From the NCBI GenBank assembly GCA_050012475.1, contig JBEKHC010000098.1:1-18000 (forward strand): DNA of 18,000 nucleotides, given 5' to 3'. Below, piece after piece: positions 1-7,274 of this stretch (its first letter is position 1; every line of letters starts with the position of its first letter). A model generated the notes under the pieces. The model was not told where the DNA came from. It searched no databases and was given only the letters and a program-made list of their open reading frames with translations. Source of the DNA: Candidatus Velthaea sp. (GTDB lineage: Bacteria > Vulcanimicrobiota > Vulcanimicrobiia > Vulcanimicrobiales > Vulcanimicrobiaceae). The translations under genes and the position numbers were made by a program.

Positions 1-47
1 TCGCAGGTCCTATCGTACGCGACTCCCAAACGCTTTGGTTGAGCGCC

Positions 48-185
48 CTCGGCCTCGCTTGAGTACAGCCTGCGGCTTGGCAGATTCGTCGAGCGCAGCC
101 GAGACGAATCCACGGGTTCGCCGAGCGTAGCCGAGACGAATCCATCAGGCCGGCCGCGCAGGGATTAGCGCCCTCGGCTTCGCTC
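48..185. repeat. REP/BIME-like cluster of short palindromic repeats
   Basis: Direct repeat GAGCG(C/T)AGCCGAGACGAATCCA at 91-112 and 123-144 (period 32). Each copy sits in a hairpin: GATTCGTC 83-90/GACGAATC 103-110 is perfect, and 115-122/135-142 is imperfect. Near-reverse-complement copies of the core, CTCGGC(C/T)TCGCT(T/C), lie at 48-60 and 173-185, both preceded by GCGCC. Confidence 0.7.
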
Positions 186-299
186 GCTACGTCCGCACCC
201 TTCGGCCTGTGGCGACGCCGCAAGCGCGCGGATCGACGAAGTCGATCTTCTCGAGAGGGTAGATCTCCGCGTAATGCAAACGTGGCCCGAGCAATGCTC

Positions 300-399
300 T
301 CCGCTTCCGTAAGCGACTGCTTTCCTCGTGCACGTCGTTGCGTGCGTCGCGGCGCTTGAACGAAAAGCAGCGTCTTCCGATGCCGGGCCGGTAGTGCCA
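300..399 (+). promoter_or_regulatory. Conserved structured 5' leader, copy 1 (candidate cis-regulatory RNA)
   Basis: Aligns by eye with 2506-2599. Hairpin CGCTT-ccgt-AAGCG (302-315); stem CTGCTTT/AAAGCAG (317-323/364-370) enclosing hairpin GCACG/CGTGC; 3' tail GTCTT.CG..GCCGGG-CCG.TAGTGCCA; ends 39 nt before ATG 439. Confidence 0.55.
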
Positions 400-438
400 G
401 GGTGATATCTCCCTCCCTTTTGTACGTAGAGGCTCGAT

Positions 439-897
439 ATGAATGAATCTCTTCGCTGCTGCGTGCAGCGAATACGCGTTCGGACCTTGCTCGTTGCATG
501 TCTCGCGCTCGTTCCCGCAGCCTGCGGGGGCGGCAGCGGGGGCAGTTCGCCGGTTTCGACTGCTCCCGGCCCGTCACCGTCGCCGACGGTTAAGCCGACG
601 GCAGCTCCGACGGCTGCACCGGTACCGGTTTCAACGGTCACCGTGAGCATCCCAGCGCTGGCGTTCAACGGTCCGGCACAGACCGCAACCTTCACCGCGA
701 CGTCGTCCACCGCATCGGCGCTGACGGCGACGGCGGGAACACCGGCCGTGGCTACGGTCGCCGCGAGCGCGGTTGCGGGCCAGTTTACGGTGACGTCCGT
801 CGCCGCCGGCACGTGCACGATCACGGTTTCCGATGCGAAAGGCGGCAAAGCCACCCTCGTCGTCACAGTGACGACCTTCCCGATCACGGTGAATTAG
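439..897 (+). CDS. Small lipoprotein: Pro/Thr linker, one Ig-like beta-sandwich domain, C-terminal TTFPITVN strand
   Basis: GAGG 7 nt before ATG; basic N-region, hydrophobic stretch and lipobox-like PAA|CGGG; Thr/Val-rich alternating beta pattern (FTVTSVAAGTCTITVSDAKGGKATLVVTV); N-terminus clearly paralogous to 2631..3017. Confidence 0.8.
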   Translation: MNESLRCCVQRIRVRTLLVACLALVPAACGGGSGGSSPVSTAPGPSPSPTVKPTAAPTAAPVPVSTVTVSIPALAFNGPAQTATFTATSSTASALTATAGTPAVATVAASAVAGQFTVTSVAAGTCTITVSDAKGGKATLVVTVTTFPITVN

Positions 898-899
898 CA

Positions 900-2192
900 A
901 TGAAGCGCAACATGCATCACTCGGCCGCTTCCATCGCGGCGCTGAGCTTCGCGGTTCTCGTTAGCGGGTGCAGCGGCGGCGGCAGCACGACGCCGGCGGT
1001 CATGGCACCGGCAACCGGAGTCGCCATCGCCAACGGTCAGGTCAAGGCGAAACTCACGATTAAGATCCCGCTGCACAAGGCCGGCACTGCGTCGAAATCG
1101 GCGCGCCGCTCGCCGCAGTACGTTTCGACGCATACGTTGGGAATCGGAGTCCAGACCGGGACGACGGCGACCGTCAGCAGCGCGCCGTGGCAGCTCTTCG
1201 ACGTCTCGGGTACGGCGACGCAGTCGCCGAACGCGAGTTGCACGACCGATCCGGCGAGCACGGTTCGCAGCTGCGTTCTCACGGTCACGGCACCCGCCGT
1301 TCAGGGCGGAACGGACCAATTCATTATCGATGCGACCGATGTCGCTCCCCTGGCGACCGATACCCAGCCTAACGGTAACATTCTTTCGAACGCCAATACC
1401 ACAGAAACGGTAGTCGAGGGAACGGCGAACGCGTTCAGCGTTTCGCTGACCAGCGTCATCGGTTCGCTCGCCATGGCGACAGCAGCCGGTGCGGTCGTAG
1501 CGACGCCGGTCTATAGCGTCTGGTCTCCGCCCGGAACGCCGGCAAACATCGGCGTGGACATCATCGCGAACGATATCGACGGCGGCCAAATCTTCGGCAA
1601 CCCGCCGTCGTTCAACAATCCCATCACGTTCAGCGACACGCTCGCAGCGGCATCGCCGTTCACGTATCCGAGTGGGAGCGCAAGTCCGTTCATTCTCGGT
1701 CTGCCGCCGCCGCAAACCCCGGGCCCGATTCCGGCGACGATCGTTTACACCCCGTCGGCGAGTATCACCGCCGTGCCGTCGGCAACGGTCACCGTCAGCA
1801 CGAGTTACCCCAGTTATCTCCAGCCGCCGGTAACGCCGCCGGCGACAACGTTCACGCTCAACGCAATGACCGTCAGCGTGGGTGGTGTTCCCATCGGTTC
1901 AATTCCCGGACTGACCATGGGTGGTGCGCCCGCTGTGGTTCTGGTCAACGAAGCGAACGCCACGAGTTTTACGATCTCCGATAACGCAGCCGCCCAAGCT
2001 GCGGTGCGGCTGGCCTCCAATGCACCGGGATTTCCTAACCTACCGATACCCGCGACGATACCGGCTGCCGGCGGCACCGCAGCATTTGCCGTCGTCCCGG
2101 TAGCGCCGTCGGCCGCTGGGGCCGCACCGGTGATTACGATAACCGACGCATCCGGAACCGTCGCAACGGTGTCGACAGCCGTCGCGCCCTAG
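900..2192 (+). CDS. Large beta-rich surface lipoprotein (paralog A), function unknown
   Basis: ATG at 900 (2 nt after the upstream stop) gives signal peptide MKRNMHHSAASIAALSFAVLVSG|C. Collinear motifs shared with 3019..4314: KLTIKIP, P.Y.S, PWQ.FDV, CT.DP....C..TVTAPAV.G.TD.F, GNP..F.NPI, VNE.N, ITD..GT.AT. Confidence 0.85.
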   Translation: MKRNMHHSAASIAALSFAVLVSGCSGGGSTTPAVMAPATGVAIANGQVKAKLTIKIPLHKAGTASKSARRSPQYVSTHTLGIGVQTGTTATVSSAPWQLFDVSGTATQSPNASCTTDPASTVRSCVLTVTAPAVQGGTDQFIIDATDVAPLATDTQPNGNILSNANTTETVVEGTANAFSVSLTSVIGSLAMATAAGAVVATPVYSVWSPPGTPANIGVDIIANDIDGGQIFGNPPSFNNPITFSDTLAAASPFTYPSGSASPFILGLPPPQTPGPIPATIVYTPSASITAVPSATVTVSTSYPSYLQPPVTPPATTFTLNAMTVSVGGVPIGSIPGLTMGGAPAVVLVNEANATSFTISDNAAAQAAVRLASNAPGFPNLPIPATIPAAGGTAAFAVVPVAPSAAGAAPVITITDASGTVATVSTAVAP

Positions 2193-2237
2193 GTTTCGCA
2201 CCGCTAACGCGACCTTCACCGTCGAAGTCCTAGGACC

Positions 2238-2271
2238 AAGCCCGGAGCGTTTGCTCCGGGCTTTCTTTTTT
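2238..2271 (+). terminator. Rho-independent terminator of cassette 1
   Basis: 11-bp stem AAGCCCGGAGC/GCTCCGGGCTT with GTTT loop, followed by TCTTTTTT, 45 nt after stop 2192. Confidence 0.9.
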
Positions 2272-2505
2272 CGTATTTCGTACCACGACCGAACCAGTAT
2301 TCTGATTCGTTCGCTTTCATGCGCCGGGCGTACCATGTACCGTTATTGTCGTGCGGCAGCGGTAGCACCGGATGCAGCACCGCTGCGGCCAAACGGCCCT
2401 TTTTTCGGGACCATGCGCTAACGCGGAAAGTCCCGGTCCCTTGGCACTAACGCAGAGCATAGAGCTACTTCGCAACGGAAACGTTAGAGGATGTAAACTT
2501 TCGCA

Positions 2506-2599
2506 TCTGCTCACGTGAGCGATTGCCCCCACAGCCCTACCGTCCACGGACGGTGCACAACGGGAGCAATGTCTTGCGCAGCCGGGTCCGCTAGTGCCA
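2506..2599 (+). promoter_or_regulatory. Conserved structured 5' leader, copy 2 (candidate cis-regulatory RNA)
   Basis: Hairpin TGCTC-acgt-GAGCG (2508-2521); stem ATTGCcCCC/GGGaGCAAT (2522-2530/2562-2570) enclosing hairpin ACCGTC-cacg-GACGGT; same 3' tail as copy 1. TGGCACTA (2442-2449) can pair with TAGTGCCA (2592-2599). Ends 31 nt before ATG 2631. Confidence 0.55.
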
Positions 2600-2630
2600 C
2601 TCGAATTCAAAAGTAACGTAAAGGTTTGAA

Positions 2631-3017
2631 ATGATTGATTACCTTCGCTGCCGCATGCGGCGTGCACGCGTTCGGGCCGTGCTCGCCGGATGTCTCGCGC
2701 TTGTGCCGGCAGCTTGCGGCGGCGGGGGCAGCAGCGCTCCGGCCAGCCTCTCCGTTCCCGTCGTAGCCGCCAGTCCCACGCCGAAAGCGTCGCCGACCGT
2801 CGCGCCGACGACTGCTCCCACAACGGCGCCGACGACGACGCCAACCGTAGCGCCGACCACGGCTCCGACCACCGCCCCAACCGTCGCTCCGACCACTGCG
2901 CCGACGGCGACACCAACCGCAACGCCGACCGCTACCCCCATCCCGACCGCAACACCCACCGCAGGACCCACATCGGTCCAGGTGCCCATCACCGTCCAGA
3001 GCGAGAAACTCAAATAA
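2631..3017 (+). CDS. Small lipoprotein consisting of a Pro/Thr repeat stalk and a short C-terminal beta-strand (SVQVPITVQ)
   Basis: AAGG 6 nt before ATG; signal peptide paralogous to 439..897 (LRC...R.RVR..L..CLALVPAA|CGGG); no globular domain visible. Confidence 0.8.
   Translation: MIDYLRCRMRRARVRAVLAGCLALVPAACGGGGSSAPASLSVPVVAASPTPKASPTVAPTTAPTTAPTTTPTVAPTTAPTTAPTVAPTTAPTATPTATPTATPIPTATPTAGPTSVQVPITVQSEKLK
2793..2966 (+). repeat. 12-nt coding tandem repeat (PTxA/PTAT units)
   Basis: 12 consecutive PT-x-x tetrapeptides (2793-2936), then PI, then two more units; synonymous positions vary between units. Confidence 0.9.
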
Positions 3018-3018
3018 G

Positions 3019-4314
3019 ATGAACATTCGCATGCAAAAACAAATCGGTATCGCTGCGGTTGGCGTCGCGTTTCTCGCCAGCGGCTGCAGCGGCGGCAGCA
3101 GCAGCTCCGCCGTCGTTCCGGCAGCGGGCAAAACCGCGGTTGCCAAGGGAACAACGGTCAAGTCCAAACTCACGATCAAAATTCCCGTTCGCAAGCGCGC
3201 AGCTTCGGCGAAAGTCTCGCCGAAATACATCTCTCCGTCGACATCGGGTCTTTACATTCAAGCGGGTGTGCTGGGCAGCATCACTTCGAGCACGCCCTGG
3301 CAGGCCTTCGACGTCACTCCCGCGTCATCAACGACCGCGTCGCCGATTGCCAGCCAACAATGCACCCTCGATCCAACCAATACGTTTACCATCTGCACGG
3401 TGACGGTCACCGCTCCCGCGGTCCCAGGCGCGACCGATGAGTTCCAGATCGTCGCCACGGACTGGGCGCCGACTCCCGCGCAAGCGCTGCTGAACACGTC
3501 ACCGATCGGCCTGATCGATGAAGCCCTCGATGACATCGGTGCGAACGGCGCGGGCGAGCCGATCGCCGCCGGAGCGACGAATGCCATCACCGTAACACTC
3601 GATGGCTACGTCGGCCGGCTGCAAGCCTCACCGGTCAGCGTTTGGGCCGCGCCCGGCACGTCGACATTATTCGACGGCTACATCCAAGCTACCGACGCGG
3701 ATTACAATCTCATCGCCGGAAATCCGTCAGCTTTCGTCAATCCGATTGTCGTGAGCGGTGCCGCGGGAACGCCGATCAGCAATTTCCCCGACCCCAGTAC
3801 ACTGACGCCGCCGGCGACCGCGGCGGCCCCTTCGATCTACGCCCAAATGACGTACACGGCGCCTCCGGCGAATCAAGGCATGGCGCCGGTCACAACCGTC
3901 AACGTTACGGCTCCTCAACCGGCTTGGATCGCGGCTCCGACCGCACCCTCGGGATTTGCTCCGCAAGTGTTGTCGCCCTCGACGACACTGGAAATCGATC
4001 CGATGACCGTCAATGCGATCGTGCAATCGAACGCAACGCCGATCGGCGCGATCGACCTCAGCAACGGCAACGTCACTGTGATGGTCAATGAAACCAATAT
4101 GGCTACGCTGACGGTCACCGAGCAGCCGTCAAACACGCCACTGACCGCGACGGTAACGAATGCCGGCACCGCAAACGCCAGCGCTCAGTTCACGGTTCTT
4201 GCAACCGATCAGTCGACGTCGATCGTGATAACCGACGATCGGGGCACGACGGCGACCTTGCCGGTCGGCGCGCCGCCGCCGACGACCTCCGCGCTTCACC
4301 GCGCTCGGGTCTAG
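3019..4314 (+). CDS. Large beta-rich surface lipoprotein (paralog B), function unknown
   Basis: Starts 1 nt after the upstream stop; lipobox LASG|C; collinear similarity to 900..2192, including the conserved Cys pair; followed by a terminator. Confidence 0.85.
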   Translation: MNIRMQKQIGIAAVGVAFLASGCSGGSSSSAVVPAAGKTAVAKGTTVKSKLTIKIPVRKRAASAKVSPKYISPSTSGLYIQAGVLGSITSSTPWQAFDVTPASSTTASPIASQQCTLDPTNTFTICTVTVTAPAVPGATDEFQIVATDWAPTPAQALLNTSPIGLIDEALDDIGANGAGEPIAAGATNAITVTLDGYVGRLQASPVSVWAAPGTSTLFDGYIQATDADYNLIAGNPSAFVNPIVVSGAAGTPISNFPDPSTLTPPATAAAPSIYAQMTYTAPPANQGMAPVTTVNVTAPQPAWIAAPTAPSGFAPQVLSPSTTLEIDPMTVNAIVQSNATPIGAIDLSNGNVTVMVNETNMATLTVTEQPSNTPLTATVTNAGTANASAQFTVLATDQSTSIVITDDRGTTATLPVGAPPPTTSALHRARV

Positions 4315-4324
4315 TCCAACCTCT

Positions 4325-4360
4325 GGGGTCCGCGCTGCGGCGCGGACCCCGTTCTTTTTT
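4325..4360 (+). terminator. Rho-independent terminator of cassette 2
   Basis: 11-bp perfect stem GGGGTCCGCGC/GCGCGGACCCC with TGCG loop, followed by GTTCTTTTTT. Confidence 0.9.
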
Positions 4361-4374
4361 CTAACGAGCAATCT

Positions 4375-5217
4375 ATGTTGAACAAGCTGAGCGCAGCGTT
4401 CGCCTGCGCACTGGGACTGGGACTTGCCGGCTGCGGCGGCGGCAGCGGCGCAGCGGTACACATCGCAACGCCGGTCCAAACGACGAGCCAATCGCTGACG
4501 GCATTCAAGACCCAATGGGGCATGGAGCTTTCGCCAGCGCAGGTCTGCAGCAGCGACATTTCCGCAGCGACCTCGACCCACGCGAGCGTGATCCGCGTGC
4601 AGTATCTGCCGGCACTGCAACCCCGGACGTGCTATGACGGCATCTATGCGACGGCAAAACATGCCGGCCTCAAGGTCCTGTGGATCACGCCGGCGGTCGA
4701 TCTGAACGCGCCGGTCGATCCGGCGAGCTATGCCCGGATCATGGCCGCGGCCGCTCGCAGCTATCCCGGCAGTACTTGGGAACTCATGAACGAGCCCGAT
4801 CTGCACCAGCCCGATATCAGCGACTATTGGAACGACGAGGCCCTCGCCGAACGACAGTACCTGTCGATCGCGACGGCAGCGGCACCGGCGATTCATGCCG
4901 CCGATCGCACCGCGGTCGTCATTTCTGGCGGACCCAGCGGATTCGAATCGAACAATCCGAGTTTGCCCTGGCTGCATGCGACGCTGCCGTTAGCGCCGCT
5001 CGTCGACGGCGTGAGTTTTCATCCGTACTCGGGCGTCAATCTTCAACAGATTCACGCCATCGGTCAGCTCTGGAACAAGCCGGTCTACATTACGGAGTGG
5101 AGCACGGACAACGGCGGCATCATCGAAGCGTATCTCGCGGCCTACAACGGCGTCGTTCCGCTGTTCAACTACTGCGGCCAAGCCTGCAATCGAACGGCCG
5201 TGCCAATTTTCCCGTAG
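4375..5217 (+). CDS. Lipoprotein, clan GH-A glycoside hydrolase (GH5/GH39-like TIM barrel)
   Basis: Lipobox LAG|C; acid/base motif WELMNEPD, VISGG, DGVSFHPY and nucleophile motif KPVYITEW occur in the order typical of clan GH-A. Confidence 0.8.
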   Translation: MLNKLSAAFACALGLGLAGCGGGSGAAVHIATPVQTTSQSLTAFKTQWGMELSPAQVCSSDISAATSTHASVIRVQYLPALQPRTCYDGIYATAKHAGLKVLWITPAVDLNAPVDPASYARIMAAAARSYPGSTWELMNEPDLHQPDISDYWNDEALAERQYLSIATAAAPAIHAADRTAVVISGGPSGFESNNPSLPWLHATLPLAPLVDGVSFHPYSGVNLQQIHAIGQLWNKPVYITEWSTDNGGIIEAYLAAYNGVVPLFNYCGQACNRTAVPIFP

Positions 5218-5276
5218 CCGTACGGCTGCGGCACTGCACTCGAGAAGAACGTAACGCGATATCAGCAGCCACGAAA

Positions 5277-5311
5277 CGAGGGAGTCCGGCGCAGCGAGCC
5301 GGGCTCCCTCG
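5277..5311 (-). terminator. Strong hairpin between convergent genes, probable terminator of the ABC operon
   Basis: 14-bp stem CGAGGGAGTCCGGC/GCCGGGCTCCCTCG (one T-G on +), 7-nt loop; only a short T run (TTTCGT) follows on the minus strand. Confidence 0.6.
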
Positions 5312-5404
5312 ACGTTATCTTATCGATACGTGCGGCTTCGGCGAACCCGAAACCCGACAGACGGTGCGAAGCGCCGCCCTTCTAAGCTAAGTGAATGGCG
5401 GCCT

Positions 5405-6403
5405 TCAGTGAATCTCGGCCTTCTCCCACACAGCGTGCGTCCACGCGCCGGTTGGTTTTTTGGTGATGACCGGTTCGCTCTTGCCCCCCATGAGGACTTG
5501 CACCGTCCGGTTTGCCGCCGCCTCGTCGAGATACCCCAGCCCGCGCGGGCTGCCGGCAACCAGCTTGGCGATCTCGGACATCATGCGCGTCTGATGCGCC
5601 GCCGTTTGTGACCCGGCCGTATCGTTCGCCAGCACGATCTTCACCGCTTCGTCTTGATGCGTGAGCGCATACTGCCAGCCTTGCATCGATGCCTTGAGAA
5701 AGCGCGCCAGCCGGTCGACGGCGGCCGGATCTTTGAGCTCCGATTCGGTTGCATACAGGCCGTCTTCGAGCGTTGCCACGCCTTGGTTCTCATATTTGAA
5801 GACGGTGAGATCGTCGGGTTTCATGCCGGCTTCGATGAGCTGCCAGTATTCGTTGTACGTCATCGTCGAGATGCACGCCGCTTGTTTCTGCAGCAGCGGA
5901 TCGACGTTGAAGCCTTGTTTGAGCACCGTGACGCCGTCGGCGCCGCCTGTCGTCGGATAATTGAGCTTGCTCATCCACGCCAGAAACGGATACTCGTTGC
6001 CCGAGAACCAGACCCCGAGCGTCTTGCCCTTGAAATCGGCGGGCGTTTTGACGCCGCTGTCGTTGCGGCACGTCAGTTCCATCCCTGATTTCTGAAAGAC
6101 TTGCGCGATGTTGACCAGCGGCAGTCCTTTCTCGCGCGCCGCGAGCGCCGAGGGCATCCAGTCGACGTCGACGTCGGCGCCGCCGCCGGCCATAACTTGG
6201 GCCGGGTTGATATCGGGACCGCCCGGCTTGATGGTCACGTCGAGTCCGGCGGCCTTGTAGAAGCCTTTCGCCTCGGCCACGTAGTAGCCGGCAAACTGCG
6301 CTTGGGCGACCCATTTCAGCTGCAGCGTCACGTGATCGGCAGCCTGCGCGGGACCGGCGACGGCGCACAGGCAGGCCGCGCTCAAGAAGAGTTTCTTTAT
6401 CAT
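5405..6403 (-). CDS. ABC transporter substrate-binding protein, NMT1/THI5 (SsuA-like) family, probably pyrimidine-binding
   Basis: Signal peptide ending AQA|AD; motifs LQLKWVAQAQFAGYYVA, GLDVTIKPGGPDI, KQGFNVDPLLQKQA, TMTYNEY, ATLEDGLY; GGGG Shine-Dalgarno-like sequence upstream. Confidence 0.92.
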   Translation of the reverse strand: MIKKLFLSAACLCAVAGPAQAADHVTLQLKWVAQAQFAGYYVAEAKGFYKAAGLDVTIKPGGPDINPAQVMAGGGADVDVDWMPSALAAREKGLPLVNIAQVFQKSGMELTCRNDSGVKTPADFKGKTLGVWFSGNEYPFLAWMSKLNYPTTGGADGVTVLKQGFNVDPLLQKQAACISTMTYNEYWQLIEAGMKPDDLTVFKYENQGVATLEDGLYATESELKDPAAVDRLARFLKASMQGWQYALTHQDEAVKIVLANDTAGSQTAAHQTRMMSEIAKLVAGSPRGLGYLDEAAANRTVQVLMGGKSEPVITKKPTGAWTHAVWEKAEIH

Positions 6404-6413
6404 TGCGTTACCC

Positions 6414-7274
6414 CTATCGGCGTTTGGAAAGCGCGAGTTTTTGAAAGGACGGATGCCAAAACAAGACCGTTCGTTCGAGCAGCGCGAGCAAGGCGAAGCA
6501 GGCCGACCCAGTGATTGCCGCCAGCGCGATCTCGGCCCACACCACGTCGAGGTCGAGCCGTGCTGCTTCGGTTGAGATGCGAAACCCCATGCCGACGATC
6601 GGCGTGCCGAAGAATTCCGCGACGATGGCGCCGATGAGCGCGAGCGTAAAGTTGAGTTTGAGCGCGTTGAACACGAACGGCAACGCGGCGGGTAAGCGCA
6701 GCTTCACCAGCGTCTGCCAATAGCTCGCGCCGTACGACTGCATGAGATCGCGTTCCATCACGCCCGTGCCGCTCAAACCCGCGACGGTGTTGACGAGCAT
6801 CGGGAAAAACGTCATCACCGCAGCGACGGCGGCTTTCGAGGGCCAATCGAAACCGAACCACATGACCATGATCGGCGCGATGCCGACGATCGGCATCGCC
6901 CCCAACAGGCCCGCGATCGGCAGGACGCCTCGGCGCAGAAATGCCGAACGGTCGAGGGCGATCGCGGTGAGGTACCCCGCGGCGCAGCCGATGGCGTAGC
7001 CGGGCAGCACCGCCCGGATGACGGTTTGCACGAAATCCGCCCACAGCATGGGCAAGTGCGCGACGAAGGCTTGCGCGATCCCGGTCGGCGCCGGCAAGAG
7101 CACGCGCGGCACGCCGAAGCCGACGCAAATGACTTCCCAGCACCACAGCAGCAAGAGGCCGAAGAGCAGCGGCGTGGCGATCAAGAAGGCTTGCCCGTCG
7201 CGCGCCGCCAGGCGGACGAGCGCGAAGCAGCCCAGTGCCACCGATGCGAGCAGAACGATGCCGGCCGCGATCAC
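6414..7274 (-). CDS. ABC transporter permease (NitT/TauT family)
   Basis: Multiple hydrophobic segments, EAA-like loop DLMQSYGAS..QTLVKLRLPAALP, LIGAIVAEF. Start taken as GTG 7274, overlapping the upstream TGA (GTGA coupling), rather than the ORF-track start 7373. Confidence 0.9.
   Translation of the reverse strand: MIAAGIVLLASVALGCFALVRLAARDGQAFLIATPLLFGLLLLWCWEVICVGFGVPRVLLPAPTGIAQAFVAHLPMLWADFVQTVIRAVLPGYAIGCAAGYLTAIALDRSAFLRRGVLPIAGLLGAMPIVGIAPIMVMWFGFDWPSKAAVAAVMTFFPMLVNTVAGLSGTGVMERDLMQSYGASYWQTLVKLRLPAALPFVFNALKLNFTLALIGAIVAEFFGTPIVGMGFRISTEAARLDLDVVWAEIALAAITGSACFALLALLERTVLFWHPSFQKLALSKRR

Noticed and set aside
91..144. Possible CRISPR array (two ~22-nt direct repeats)
   Set aside because: Only two copies, a 10-nt spacer and no cas genes; better explained as REP-like hairpins.
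300..399. Leader as a c-di-GMP-I/II riboswitch (GTAGTGC resembles the class II 3' end)
   Set aside because: Lacks the following AACCGAC and the compact class II layout, and lacks the GGCAAA/GACGCAAA pattern of class I; a cmscan run would be decisive.
165..887. 240-aa minus-strand ORF, plus antisense ORFs 2607..3230 and 2639..3154 with VGAVVG repeats
   Set aside because: Antisense shadows of Thr/Pro/Ala-rich plus-strand genes that have signal peptides, RBSs and terminators.
813..899. N-terminal extension of the 459-aa ORF
   Set aside because: Overlaps the upstream gene; the signal peptide and paralog similarity begin at ATG 900.
385..2599. TGGCAC hexamers (reverse strand at 394-399 and 2594-2599, forward at 2442-2447) as sigma-54 promoters
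   Set aside because: None has the -12 (TT)GC element at the required spacing.
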